Positions 42,016-53,687 of a DNA stretch of 64,000 nt are shown here, piece by piece. Numbering within the stretch: the stretch's first letter is position 1; every line of letters starts with the position of its first letter. Origin of the DNA: an uncultured Acidobacteriota bacterium (GTDB lineage Bacteria > Acidobacteriota > UBA6911); the NCBI GenBank assembly GCA_963809485.1, contig CAWEJX010000004.1:320001-384000 (forward strand). Direction: 5' to 3'. A model generated the notes under the pieces. That model was not told the origin of the DNA, did not search any database, and saw nothing but the letters and a program-made list of their open reading frames with translations. Both the position numbers and the translations under genes were made by a program.

Positions 42016-45000
42016 CTAGAACGTCAATCGCGCGACGATCATGCCTCCACGGGGGGCTCCGGCGCTTCCGGTATCGATGTAACCGAAGCCGCCCAGCGGC
42101 TTGCCCGTCGGGTCCGTAACCTGCGTTGACAGGGCATTCCCCGAAGAGGGATTGTTCGGCTGGATTCGATTGAAGATGTTGGTAAACTCTACCCTGATAT
42201 TGAGGTCGATTCCTTCCTTTATCCGGAAGATCCGTCCCAGGGACATATTCTCCACTGGACGGCGCCGGTATCTGTAATCGTCATAATATGCAGCTGCGTA
42301 TCCTATCCGGCCCGGAGGAGGATCCGCCCAGGCTTTCGGATTCAACACGAAATCCTGGTTCGGGTCGAAGCAGCTGGTGCAATTAAGATCCTTGGTAAAA
42401 TACGGCTCGCCAGGAACACGGTCTGCCCAGGGCCCGTTTAGGCCGAGGAAGGAACCAAGCCACGCATTACCAAAAAAGTTGTTGTACATCATTTGTGAAG
42501 AGTACATATTTTGCGCGCTGGGAACGCGGATGGGCCGCCCGCTCTTGTACTGGAGCATGGCGCTGATCTGCCAATCCCGAGCTATCCACGACAGCACCTT
42601 GTTGCCCCCCCATTTGGGAAAAGTATAGGTCGCGGCCAGAGTGCTCTGGAGTGGCTGCGAGAAGCTTGAAATGTGTTTGTTCAGATTCCGGTAAAGCACG
42701 TCGTTTACGTCGGCGCCAAAGCTGGCTTCATCCTCCGACCCAAGCGTAAGCTCCTTCTGCCACACAAAATTGTAGGTGAAATCGAAATTATGGGAGAACC
42801 GTTTGGTCACCCTCACCTGCAGGGAGTCGTACCAGGTGTTGCCCAGCGGCGCCCATCGGACCCCGATCGAGCCGAACTGAGGGTATGGCCGCAAGGCCTG
42901 GCCCACAGTCTCGCTCATCGGGAAACTCGGGTATGGAGCCGCAATGCGTGATTGCGCAAACATAGGAGTCGTCAGCAGGTTTCGATCGTCCGCGTTATTG
43001 ATACTGAGTCCATGAGCGGCAAGGATCTCCGGCGTCAGCCGATTGAGGTCAAGGAGGCCATTTGCCTGCCACCAGGCTCCCCGGTTCCCTACGTAGGAAA
43101 CATCCACCGCAAGATCCCTGGTAATCTCACGCTGAAATCCGATGCTCCATTGCACCTGCTTTGGGGGCCGTCCGGCGTTGTGATCGGTCAGCGTAGGGGC
43201 CGTGCCGATCAAGCCCTTAGAGACGGGTTGCTGCCCCGGATCCAAATTGGGCCACACCGGTACTATCGGTACGCCATCTTTCAGCCACATGGCGGGCTGC
43301 TTGAGCCCGGGTGAAATGAACTGGTTGTTGCCCGTAATGCCCAATGAGGCAAAGTTGTTCGTGGCCGTTTTGGAGAAGACTATGCCGATCCCGGCGCGGA
43401 ACACGGTTTTGGAGTTAATTTGGTAGGCGGCTCCAAGCCGCGGTCCGAACGCATAGGGATAGTTCTTGGCATAATCGCAGTTGCAGCGGCCTTCTCCATA
43501 GCCCTCAAATATGGTAGCCCCCGGGATGTTATCGGCCGTCGGATTGGGTGTCGTAAGCCCGAAGTTGGCCATGCGCCCGTAAGTTTCCCTCAAATACGTC
43601 TGGTAATCCCATCGGAGGCCGTAATCCAGTGTAAGCTTGCGGGTTACTTTCCAGGAATCCTGGACAAACAACGCCCAGGCTTGTTGGCCCAGGTGATTAT
43701 CAGCGGGAAGGGCGATGTTGCCACTGTTGACTGCGCCCAGGAGGAAACTGGCGTAGGGAAATCCCACGCTTTTGCCTCCCAGCCACTGATCGACAGGAAG
43801 GGCTGTCTGATTGGCGCTGATGGCAAATTGTCCATTGTTGTTATTAAGGTTCGTGGAAGGAAACCCATCCAAGGTCATTTCCGCGCCCAATTTGACGGTG
43901 TGGTTGCTTTTTACCCAGGTGAGGCTGGCATTCGCCGTTGGTCTTTCCTCCGTCATATCTGACTGCCCCATCGGACCCATGCCTACCATTCCGCCGTAAG
44001 AGCCTTGGGTCATAGACGGGAAATAAGGGAATCTGCCCTGTCCATAGGTTCCCTTCAAGCCGAGCTCTTTTTCGGTATCGAAGTTGGTGACGGGAGAATC
44101 ATCGTTAAATGTGTAATAGACCATGCCAACCCCTATGTGCAAAAGCATTGTCGGGGTTAGGGCATCGTCAAGGCTCACACGGATTGTGTTCACCGTGGAA
44201 TAATAGTCCCGCGACGACGGAATCGGCGGAGGCAGGCCATCCGCCCCTCCATATAGGATCAAATTGTGGCTTTCTGTGTTTCCATGCGAGTAGAAGCCCG
44301 ATAACTTCAGCTTGGCACTCAGCTGATAGTCGATTTTCACAGCTGGGATGGTGGTAACGGAGGGACTCTCAAATATTGGCAGGTAATTGTTGGTAAACGG
44401 GAAATCAGCCACCGAGCGGTTCGGCAGTGGAATGTAGTTCTGAATATTCAGAGCTACCGGGTCCAGTGGCGTGTAGTTCGGGCTGCCGGGATCCGTACAG
44501 ATCACATTCCGGTGCTGCCCATCACAGCCCATGAACGGCAGGCGGAATGTTTTTCCATCAACCGTCTGGGTTGTATACGGATTATATATCTGGTTTTCAT
44601 AGATGGGCTGTCCCGTCGGATCCGTCCCGATTATGTTCCCGGTCAATATGGAAGAGAAATCGCCGTTGCGATAGGCCGTTATGGGAACGGTCTGCGGCCG
44701 GTTGTTGTTGATCTGGGTTTCGCGGAACTGCTCAAAATTGAAGAAGAAGAATGCCTTGTCGTGGCCGTCATACACCCCGGGAATCCAGATCGGCCCTCCC
44801 AACGTAAAGCCGTAATCATTCCTCCGCTGCCTTGCCTTGAGGTTCGAATAGGGAGTGCTCGCGTTCAGAGCCTCGTTCACAATGTAGTCATAGGCAGATC
44901 CATGAAACGAGTTGGTTCCCGACTTCATGGTGGTGTTAAAGACCGCTCCGCCTGCCTGACCGAATTCGGCGTTATAGTTGCTGGTCTGAACGGAAAACTC

Positions 45001-45642
45001 CTGGATCGAATCCACGCTGGGGGCCGTCATCTGCGGAGTCCCGTTATACAGACCCGTTGAGGAGTCCTGGCCCTCTATCCGGAGCGCCTGGGTATTGTTC
45101 GGTGTACCGTTGACCCGGAGATACTCGTTGCTGGCCCAGCTCGATCCCGGGATTAATTGTGTTACGGCTAAGGGGTTCCGAATCCCGGACGATCCGCCTC
45201 CAACACTCACTATGGGAAGATCGTTCACGCGATCGATTTTGACGTTGTCGCTCAATTCGCTGCTTTCGGTCCTCAGCAGCGGCGCGTCGGCATTGACAGT
45301 TACGGTCTCGGCGAGGCTGCCCACCTCGAGCGGAATGTCAATGCGCAAGGTCTGCGCGACCAGAACCGTGATGCCCGTGCGGACATACTGTTTGAAGCCC
45401 GTCACCGAGGCCGTAAGCTGATATACGCCCGCCGGCAATTGAGCGAGCGTGTAGTTTCCGGTTGTTGTGCTTGCAGTCTCATACTGGGCGTCGGTTTGAG
45501 TGTTCCTCACTTCAATCTTGGCGCCGGCTACCACCGCGCCTGCAGGATCAGAGATGGTGCCGGTGATGGTACCTCGATCGCTCTGGGCAAAGGATGAGCA
45601 GGCAGCCAGAACGAAACAAACCACAATCGCGACTGAACGCAT
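42016..45642 (-). CDS. TonB-dependent receptor (Oar-like, with carboxypeptidase-regulatory-like N-terminal domain)
   Basis: Signal peptide; GTITGTISDPAGAVV; QTSNYNAEFG; KSGTNSFHGS; FVQDSWKV; C-terminal Phe; AAGGAGG RBS. Confidence 0.92.
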   Translation of the reverse strand: MRSVAIVVCFVLAACSSFAQSDRGTITGTISDPAGAVVAGAKIEVRNTQTDAQYETASTTTGNYTLAQLPAGVYQLTASVTGFKQYVRTGITVLVAQTLRIDIPLEVGSLAETVTVNADAPLLRTESSELSDNVKIDRVNDLPIVSVGGGSSGIRNPLAVTQLIPGSSWASNEYLRVNGTPNNTQALRIEGQDSSTGLYNGTPQMTAPSVDSIQEFSVQTSNYNAEFGQAGGAVFNTTMKSGTNSFHGSAYDYIVNEALNASTPYSNLKARQRRNDYGFTLGGPIWIPGVYDGHDKAFFFFNFEQFRETQINNNRPQTVPITAYRNGDFSSILTGNIIGTDPTGQPIYENQIYNPYTTQTVDGKTFRLPFMGCDGQHRNVICTDPGSPNYTPLDPVALNIQNYIPLPNRSVADFPFTNNYLPIFESPSVTTIPAVKIDYQLSAKLKLSGFYSHGNTESHNLILYGGADGLPPPIPSSRDYYSTVNTIRVSLDDALTPTMLLHIGVGMVYYTFNDDSPVTNFDTEKELGLKGTYGQGRFPYFPSMTQGSYGGMVGMGPMGQSDMTEERPTANASLTWVKSNHTVKLGAEMTLDGFPSTNLNNNNGQFAISANQTALPVDQWLGGKSVGFPYASFLLGAVNSGNIALPADNHLGQQAWALFVQDSWKVTRKLTLDYGLRWDYQTYLRETYGRMANFGLTTPNPTADNIPGATIFEGYGEGRCNCDYAKNYPYAFGPRLGAAYQINSKTVFRAGIGIVFSKTATNNFASLGITGNNQFISPGLKQPAMWLKDGVPIVPVWPNLDPGQQPVSKGLIGTAPTLTDHNAGRPPKQVQWSIGFQREITRDLAVDVSYVGNRGAWWQANGLLDLNRLTPEILAAHGLSINNADDRNLLTTPMFAQSRIAAPYPSFPMSETVGQALRPYPQFGSIGVRWAPLGNTWYDSLQVRVTKRFSHNFDFTYNFVWQKELTLGSEDEASFGADVNDVLYRNLNKHISSFSQPLQSTLAATYTFPKWGGNKVLSWIARDWQISAMLQYKSGRPIRVPSAQNMYSSQMMYNNFFGNAWLGSFLGLNGPWADRVPGEPYFTKDLNCTSCFDPNQDFVLNPKAWADPPPGRIGYAAAYYDDYRYRRRPVENMSLGRIFRIKEGIDLNIRVEFTNIFNRIQPNNPSSGNALSTQVTDPTGKPLGGFGYIDTGSAGAPRGGMIVARLTF

Positions 45643-46157
45643 GACAGGTATCCTCCTTTGGCTAAGTAAGGCTATACCGCAACGATGCAGATTCGCTCAG
45701 GCACTCTTCAGCTTTGTTGATGACACTCTATTGGAGCTTGAACAGTAAATATCGGAGAAGCCGGGCATTTTGCAGCCTCTCTTCAACACAGATGGGCTCT
45801 AGTGACTTGGTCAGAATCGCGAACAACAAAACGCTTTTGTGGCCGATCTGAAGTTACAAGATTAGGTTTGTCAAGAATTTCGCAAACTTTGAGCATCAGC
45901 CGGGCCCCTTGACTTTTAGCGCCGCGCGATCGCTATGCCATAGGGCCGTCCGCATGAGCCTGTGTGCCTCAAAACCTTCCCGGGCGCGCCTCCCTCATGT
46001 TTTCCGGAATCCGGCTGCAAATAACAGATCATTCAGGCCTAATCTCCACAGAAACCCTTCCGAAAAGTAGAAGAGAGCATCCTTTTAGGTGATCTGTGTC
46101 ACTGGATCGCAGGTTGCCCGCGCGCAGCGCATTGGCAACCGGAGGCTTTGTGCGCCC

Positions 46158-48492
46158 ATGGATCGATACGAATTAGCAGCCCAAGGTGCGGAAAATGGGC
46201 TCTGGGATTGGGATCTGACAACCAACCGGATTCACTATTCTCCCGGCTGGATCTCGATGCTGGGTTGCGCGCAGAGCGAGTGCAGCAATACCGCAGCAGA
46301 GTGGTTCAAAAGGATCCACCCCGAAGACCTCGAAACGGTTAGACGCGAGATTGCTTCCCAACTGAAAACGGCCTCCAAACAGTTTGAATTCCGGCACCGG
46401 ATGCTTCACCAGGACGGCTGTTACCGTTGGATGTCCTGCCGCGGCGTGATCACGCGCGATGACCGTGGACGTCCATTCCGTATCGCGGGCTGCCATGTGG
46501 ATATCACGGCCGAAATGGTTGTGGATGCCCTTACCGGCCTCCCCAACCGGCTTCTTCTCCTGAATCGTCTGGCACGATCCATCGAAAAGGCCAGGAAGCA
46601 GGGGGATTTCATTTACGCTGTCCTTGTTTTGGACCTTGGCCTTTCCGAACCGGGCGCCAACGCCCTTGGAGAGGCTGCACAGCGACTCCATCATGGTCGC
46701 GGCCGCCCGCCGCCTGGAGACTGCACTGAGGACCAAGGACAGCTCCGGCCAGGAAAGACGTGCGGACCTGGTAGCACGCTCCGGAGCCGGGGAGTTCATC
46801 ATCCTGCTCGAAAAATTGAACGAGCTGGCGGATGCGCAGCTGGTCGCCGAACGTCTGCTGAAAGTGATCCTGGCTCCCTTTACATTTGACGGCCATGCCG
46901 TATCGCTTTCCGCCAGTATCGGCATCGCCCTAAGCGCCACGGGCTACCGGAATTCCGAGGATGCCCTGCGGGACGCGAATACAGCCTTGCATCGCGCAAA
47001 ATCGTTGGGGAGATCGCGCTGTGAGGTTTTTGATACCGCCGTTCTGCTGTCAGACCAGACCCGGCAACAGCTGGAAAAGGATTTTCACGGAGCTTTGCAC
47101 CGCAAGGAGTTTCAGGTTTATTATCAGCCGATCCTGTCTCTGACGACAAATCAGATCGCGGGCTTTGAGGCCCTGGTCCGTTGGGAGCACCCTTCCCGGG
47201 GCCTGCTTATGCCCGGGGATTTTATCCCGATTGCCGAAAAAAACGGCTTTATCATACCGTTGAACCGATGGGTAATGAAGGATGCCTGCCTGCAACTGAA
47301 GACCTGGCAAATAGATCCCCGCATACCGAAGAATCTGTGGATTTCAGTGAACCTTTCCGCCAAACAATTCTCGCAGTCCTCCCTCGTGAAGGATATTCGC
47401 GAGATTCTGCTTGACTCGAATCTCGATGCCCAGGGCCTGATGCTGGAGTTGACGGAAGGGATTGTGATGGAAGATCCGGAGGAGACCCGAAACGTGCTGA
47501 TGCAGCTCCGCGTCATGGGAACAAGGATCGCCCTTGATGATTTCGGCACCGGATACTCTTCCATGGCCTATCTGCATCGGTTTCCTCTGGATTATTTGAA
47601 AATCGATCGCTCGTTTGTTATGAGCATCGAAAACACCCCCGACGCCCTGGAGATCGTCAAAACCATAAAAAGCCTGGCAGCTCAGTTGGGTCTGCGTGTC
47701 GTTGCCGAGGGGATTGAAAATCCCAGGCAGTTGGAACTGCTTCGATCCATGGGTTGTGAATACGGACAGGGCTTTCTGTTTTCCAAAGCCGTCCGCGCCG
47801 ACCAGGCGGAGTCACTGTTGCTGCATGGCTTTGCATCCCGCGAGGGACTCAATCTGCCGACAGAATCTGCCGAAGGACGCAGGACGAAAAATGGGATGTC
47901 GCGGGAATCCGCTTCAACACCCGGAATTCTGAATCCAGCTCGGGGATCAGGGCGAGTCTTCTCGCAAAGGCGCAAATGGGTTTCATTGGGATTGACGGCC
48001 TTGATCCTCCTGTTTGTAGGAGTTCTCCTTGCCAATTTGAACCTCTTGACCGCTCCGCCAAGTATCCCGACCGTAACCGGCAGACCCCGGGTAGCGATTG
48101 CGTCGCCTGAAATCGCGGAACCTCCCCCGGCTCCGGCAGCTCAAAAGGCACCGGCTGCTGTGCCGAAGGCTGCAAAGGCCAAACCCATCGAAATGGTTCA
48201 CACATTCCCGGTCAAACACGACCATTGGCTGGGCAGCTGCAAGGGAATTTTGAGGATTGCGCCGGATTCCATTGCTTTTGTTTCCGAAAGCAAGAACCAC
48301 AGCTTCGACTATAAGTACTCGGAGTGTTTTTATGCCTTGGACGGCGATGAACTGACCCTTAAAGCCGGATCCAGGATCTATCACTTCAGATCCGCCATAG
48401 CCTTTACAAAAGATGAGAACCGATCCCATCTCCTCGAAATATTCCAGGAAATTTCCAAATTGAGTCCCGGACCGGAATCAGGAACACGATGA
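46158..48492 (+). CDS. PAS-GGDEF(degenerate)-EAL protein with C-terminal TM and extracytoplasmic domain; +1 frameshift at ~46664
   Basis: GLWDWD/RIHPED PAS; DALTGLPNR; GAGEF in place of GGDEF; FEALVRW, DDFGTGYSS, KIDRS, AEGIE, QG. Confidence 0.85.
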
Positions 48493-48837
48493 GTGTCCCC
48501 AATCGCCCCAATCGCTGTTACTACCTGTACGCGCCGCTCGATCGAAATGGGCCGTTCCGGACAGGGTAGTCAAACCGGTGAAGGCAGGCGGAATGATATC
48601 AAACGTACACGCCCTTCTAGTCTCGGGCAGAATTGAATCGCGGAGCGCTGGATCGGAGGCTTCCGGAGAGGGTTACTTGATCGCATTATCGCCCTTCAAT
48701 GAATCCCCTTTGCGCCGCCTGTTTCGCCATTCCAGCGGCATTGCACCTGCTGTATGATCGGAACGAAGATTCAATGCGGGGACGTCTGAATCGGAATGAA
48801 CAATGACGATCCCCTGGGTCACCAGGGAAATGACGCA

Positions 48838-49002
48838 ATGGACGAGCGGCTCGAAAGCAATAAGCGCTTGTGGAACATTCTCACTGCTGCACACCTGCCA
48901 TCAGATTTCTACGACGTCGAGGGTTTCAGAGCCGGCCGCAATCAGCTTCTTCCCATTGAAGTCTCGGAGATCGGCGATGTCCGAGGCAAGGCTCTGGCTC
49001 AT
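48838..49002 (+). pseudogene. 5' fragment of a class I SAM-dependent methyltransferase
   Basis: NKRLWN...H..SDFYDVEGFRAG...IEVSEIGDVRGK..H; resemblance stops where the SAM-binding motif should follow. Confidence 0.6.
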
Positions 49003-49312
49003 CGCCTTGAAGAAATCCCCCAGCCGGCGGTGCGCAGCAATCGATTCAAAAATGTCCAGCAGAGTCCGGTATCGCGCCAGAGTACTATCCATGGCCCTAA
49101 CTATACTACGCGGGCAGGCGGCGCCGTCTTTATAATCTCTGGCGCATTCACAAGCTTTGTCCTAAGCTTACGACGGATCCATTCAAAAGTTCGTTGCAGG
49201 CTGTGATATCGGAACCGGCTGCTGCCCAAGTTATCGATCTGTTCCTTGCCAGGAATGGCTGCCGGAATCGATCTCGGCAAAATGCTGCCGAATCCATTCG
49301 GGAGGGTGCTTC

Positions 49313-52051
49313 ATGCGAAAGAAAGGAAACTCACGACCAAAGCTGCCGACTGTATACAATTGGAGGACTACGGACGAGGACGAAATCGCGCGACGCCGAT
49401 ATCGAGCACAAACAGAATCCTTGCGCGTCCGGAACCTTGATCCGCGCTTTCCAATTTTTTCGAATTTTGCCGTGAAATCGGAAAGCGGCTTAACCTATTC
49501 CGTAGAAATCCGCAGCATATCGCAGCGGCGGTTTTCCTGTAATTGCGTCGATTTCCGCATTAATGCGCTCGGAACCTGCAAACATGTTGAGGCAACGCTT
49601 CTCTATCTCGAAGCGCGCTATCGGCGGCTTTTCAGCCAGGCTCAGAAGAATGGTGCGGAACGAATCGATGTAGTGCCTGACATGGCGTCCGGGGCGTTGC
49701 GCATCGAGGAGAATAAACCCGGGCGCTCGCGGGCGCTTGCCCGCATGGTTCATGGTGACGGAATCCTGCAAACGGAAGATCCGGAAGAAGCTGTCGCAAT
49801 GCTGCAGCGCGCCGATATTCCTTCCCTGCGCATTTCCCAGGAGGTGACATGGTGGCTGGAGGCGCGGCGGCGTGAACAAGAACGGAAATCCGCGCTTCGG
49901 GAATATGAACAGAAAGTACAGTCCGGGCAATGGCCGGCCCAGGAAACGCTGGTGCCCCTATATCCCTATCAGCGCGAAGGCATGCGGCACCTGGCTTTTA
50001 GCGAGCGGGCTTTGCTGGCTGATGAGATGGGACTGGGCAAAACGATTCAGGCCATAGCCGCGTGCGCACTCCTTTACCGCCTCGGCAAGGCGGCGCGCGC
50101 GCTGGTCGTTGCTCCGGCCTCGTTGAAAACTGAGTGGGAAGATCAGATCCAGCGTTTCACGGACCTGGCCTATCAGCTGGTATATGGACCGAGGGGAAAA
50201 CGGCTGCGCCTGTATGCCTCCGCTCCCTTTTTCACGATCGTCAATTATGAACAGGTGCTGGCGGATGCGCTTGACGTCAACAGGCATCTTCAGCCGGACA
50301 TTATCATCCTGGATGAAGCGCAGCGCATCAAAAACTGGAACACCAAAACGGCTCAAGCGGTAAAACGGCTGCAGAGCCGCTATGCCTTCGTCCTTACGGG
50401 AACTCCTGTCGAAAATCGTATCGATGATATTCATTCTCTGATGTCCTTCCTCGATCCTTCGGTTCTCGGGCCCCTGTTTCGCTTTAACCGTGATTTTTAT
50501 GAATTGGATGAGCGCGGACGGCCATCCGGCTATCGGAATCTGGAGCAACTCCACAGGCGCATCAAGCCTTTCCTGTTGCGCCGGCGAAAAGCGGATGTTG
50601 AAACAGAACTGCCGGATCGAACGGATCAAAGATACTTTGTGTCCCTCAGTCCGAAACAGGCGGACAGTTACTCCGCACATGAGGCTCAAGTAGCACGGCT
50701 GGTGGCCATAGCAAAATCACGCCCGCTGACGCAGCAGGAATCCGAAAAGCTTCAACGGGAATTGGCCATGATGCGCATGATTTGCGACACCAATTACATC
50801 CTGGATCCCAAAGACACGACATGCCCCAAGCTTGCAGAACTGGAAAAGATTTTGGAGGAATGCCGCGGCAACGGCGATGTAAAAGTAATCGTGTTCTCCG
50901 AGTGGGCGCGGATGCTGGAGCTGGTCAAGGATCTCTGTGAGAAAATGAAGATTGGATACGCGCTGCACACGGGCTCGGTGCCGCAGCGGCGAAGACGGGC
51001 GGAAATCCTGTTGTTTAAAAACGATCCCGACTGCCGTGTTTTCCTGAGCACTGATTCCGGCAGCACAGGCCTGAACCTGCAGAATGCAAGCGTCGTCGTG
51101 AATTGCGATCTGCCCTGGAATCCGGCCCGTCTTGAACAGCGGATCGCGCGCGCCTGGCGGAAGCATCAGACGAAGTCTGTCACGGTGATACATCTGGTTT
51201 CCGAAAACACCATCGAACAGCGGATGCTCGAGACTCTCTCGAGCAAGCAGGCGCTTGCCGACGGGGTCCTGGACATGCGCGGCGACCTGAGCGCCATACG
51301 ATTCCGCGGCGGGAAGCAGGCGTTCCTCTCGCGGCTGGAGCAACTCGTCTCGCCGGCACCGAAACCTGCGGCGCCTGTATCCCGTAAACCCGCATTGCCG
51401 GTCGATCGCGGACTCGGATTCAATGAAATTGTCCGCAAGCTTCTAGGATCGGCCTGCATTCGCTGCGAGGAACGGTATCCGGCAGAAGGCACCCATTCCG
51501 TGATTGTTGTTGTGGTGGATCGGGATGCGCCTCTGTATCGTGAAAAACTGTCCGTACCCTTCGAGGAATTCTTCGGCAAGGATGTTTCGGATCCACTCGC
51601 CCCGGTGATGCTGGAGGTGATGGATCGATCGGCTGATGAAGCAATGGCGCGCCTCCTTGCAGCAGGCCTGATTGCCCCCAGCACCCGCGCAATCCGGGAA
51701 CTCGGCTTATCCGACGCGATATCCTCATCAAAACTCACAGAAGCAGAACGTCAGCTCGCTCAAGAGAATCGCCGGCAGGCGAGCCGCAAGTTGAAAATGG
51801 CGGCCCTGCTGGGCGGAGGCGGATTGCTGGAAGAAGAACGGGAAGCCCTGCTTCAGGCGGGACTTTGGCTGGGCAAGGCACTGAGCGTGGAGAATAAGCT
51901 TTCGGAACCGGCTTCGCTGGATGACACCCTTCGTGCCCCACATGCCCTTTTCTGGGGAGACCATCTCCCGGCCATTCGCAGCTATGCATTCGATCCTTCT
52001 GCTGCCGCCGCTCCGGCAACCATCGCAATGCGCTCCCTGATCGGGGACTGA
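49313..52051 (+). CDS. SNF2-family helicase with N-terminal SWIM zinc finger
   Basis: CNCVDF...CKH; LADEMGLGKT; DEAQ; LTGTP; LRRRK; GLNLQ; PWNP...QRIAR. Confidence 0.92.
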   Translation: MRKKGNSRPKLPTVYNWRTTDEDEIARRRYRAQTESLRVRNLDPRFPIFSNFAVKSESGLTYSVEIRSISQRRFSCNCVDFRINALGTCKHVEATLLYLEARYRRLFSQAQKNGAERIDVVPDMASGALRIEENKPGRSRALARMVHGDGILQTEDPEEAVAMLQRADIPSLRISQEVTWWLEARRREQERKSALREYEQKVQSGQWPAQETLVPLYPYQREGMRHLAFSERALLADEMGLGKTIQAIAACALLYRLGKAARALVVAPASLKTEWEDQIQRFTDLAYQLVYGPRGKRLRLYASAPFFTIVNYEQVLADALDVNRHLQPDIIILDEAQRIKNWNTKTAQAVKRLQSRYAFVLTGTPVENRIDDIHSLMSFLDPSVLGPLFRFNRDFYELDERGRPSGYRNLEQLHRRIKPFLLRRRKADVETELPDRTDQRYFVSLSPKQADSYSAHEAQVARLVAIAKSRPLTQQESEKLQRELAMMRMICDTNYILDPKDTTCPKLAELEKILEECRGNGDVKVIVFSEWARMLELVKDLCEKMKIGYALHTGSVPQRRRRAEILLFKNDPDCRVFLSTDSGSTGLNLQNASVVVNCDLPWNPARLEQRIARAWRKHQTKSVTVIHLVSENTIEQRMLETLSSKQALADGVLDMRGDLSAIRFRGGKQAFLSRLEQLVSPAPKPAAPVSRKPALPVDRGLGFNEIVRKLLGSACIRCEERYPAEGTHSVIVVVVDRDAPLYREKLSVPFEEFFGKDVSDPLAPVMLEVMDRSADEAMARLLAAGLIAPSTRAIRELGLSDAISSSKLTEAERQLAQENRRQASRKLKMAALLGGGGLLEEEREALLQAGLWLGKALSVENKLSEPASLDDTLRAPHALFWGDHLPAIRSYAFDPSAAAAPATIAMRSLIGD

Positions 52052-52273
52052 CATGGGGCACAAACAGCCGGCTGGATTGAAGGCAGGAGTAGAACAGGCG
52101 GCTGAGGAGGCAGAGCAGATATCACGCCATACTGCCGAGCGTGGAAGCGGCCGCGCAGGCCTCGGCCTGGAAGAGCAGGCGCGCGAGCTCGTACGCCACG
52201 AAGTCCGCGAAGGATTGCAGAGGACTTGAACACGGAGAACACGGAATTCTGTCCCGTGCTCTCCGTTTGATGT

Positions 52274-53404
52274 TTACGCAAGAAGGGTTTGCGCCCGAAT
52301 GAGTCTGGATTGAACGTCGACGCCGTTGGGGCACTGAACAGCGCAGGAGGAGCAGTCCCTGCACCGGATTCGGCGAACTTGCTCCGGCAGAAGCCTGAAA
52401 TTCCCCTGTGCCTGACTGAAATTACCGCCGAAATCGTTGTATGCCAGATAGCGCAATTCGTCGGTAACGGGTACGCCATTCGGGCATTTTCCTTTGCATT
52501 CGTAACACATGCGGCAGTAGCGGGAACGGATTTCCTCGCTCCGCGCATACAGCACTTTCTCATCCTCGATAGAATAGGGCTCCTGCATGGCCCGGAAATT
52601 CATCTCGAGCTCTGCAATATTCTTGGCATACGGCACCGAGGTCGAGATCATGGGATTCATCAGAACCCACTTGACAGCCGCCAGCGGCCCCTCCCCTTTC
52701 AATCTCAGCTCTTTCGGGGGGATTATGCCGGCCACTGCAATAATCACCTTCATGGCCACAACGCCGATTCCCGAGTCATAGAGCTTTTTAATAGATGCGG
52801 TGCGCAAATGCGAGTTTATGGGATAGCTGTATGTAGTCTGTACAACATCGAATTTCCCGATGCTTACAATTCTGTCGACGACGGCGTAGATGTCGTGCGA
52901 ACTCACTCCGATGAAGCGGGTTTTCCCCTGTTTCTTCAGAGTTTCGCAAGCCTCAACCGCCTCGTCCGTAATCGCATCGGGCGTGTCCCTGGAGTGCAAA
53001 TGCCAGATGTCGACATGATCCGTCTGCAGCGCCTTCAGGCTGGTATCCATATCCTTGTACACATCGGCCTTTGTCCGCGCATCGGTTTTGCTGGCCAGCA
53101 CGATCCTGTTTCGCTTGCCCCTGAAAGCCTCACCGGCAATATCCTCGCTTTTGCCATACATGCGGGCGGTGTCAAAATAATTAACGCCCAGGTCGACCGC
53201 ACGGTTAAGTACTGCCGGATCGGGCACCACACCGATGCCGCAACCAACGGCAGAAACCTTCAAACCAGTTTTTCCCAATGTCCGATAAACCATGCCGGCA
53301 GGGGCTTGCCCAAATGCATTGGAATAGTGTGAGGCAACCAAGCCTGCGGCAGGCAGCGCCAAACCGGCCTGCAGGAATTTTCTTCGCGATGTATCAAATG
53401 CCAC
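52274..53404 (-). CDS. Aldo/keto reductase with Tat-like signal and C-terminal Fe-S motifs
   Basis: GTG start after AAGGAGG; SRRKFLQ; YRTLGKTG, YFDTARMY, IGVSSH, AMK; CRMCYECKGKCP and CRDCSSCAVQCP. Confidence 0.88.
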   Translation of the reverse strand: MAFDTSRRKFLQAGLALPAAGLVASHYSNAFGQAPAGMVYRTLGKTGLKVSAVGCGIGVVPDPAVLNRAVDLGVNYFDTARMYGKSEDIAGEAFRGKRNRIVLASKTDARTKADVYKDMDTSLKALQTDHVDIWHLHSRDTPDAITDEAVEACETLKKQGKTRFIGVSSHDIYAVVDRIVSIGKFDVVQTTYSYPINSHLRTASIKKLYDSGIGVVAMKVIIAVAGIIPPKELRLKGEGPLAAVKWVLMNPMISTSVPYAKNIAELEMNFRAMQEPYSIEDEKVLYARSEEIRSRYCRMCYECKGKCPNGVPVTDELRYLAYNDFGGNFSQAQGNFRLLPEQVRRIRCRDCSSCAVQCPNGVDVQSRLIRAQTLLA

Positions 53405-53687
53405 AATCCCTCCTTTGGAGAAAAGAAACCGGTCCTCGAATACCCGATCGATCGAAAATCTCAAGGACCGTTTTCAGGGCAATTGCCATAAAAAGATTGA
53501 ATTGGGATGACACTCTTGAATCCCCGATAGCCCTGTGTCTGGCAAATACCATTAACACCGGGTGCCCTGCGATGCGCGCCAAAGAACACCGGCTTGCCGG
53601 CTCTTTTGAAATCCAGTGAGTTATGTTCCGGCTCCCTTAGTGTATTTTTCGTGCTCTTCGCCGAGAATGAGCTCAATCTCCGCATCG

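Noticed and set aside
45660-45880. Riboswitch in the TonB receptor leader
   Set aside because: No cobalamin, TPP or other recognisable consensus by eye; an Rfam scan would settle it.
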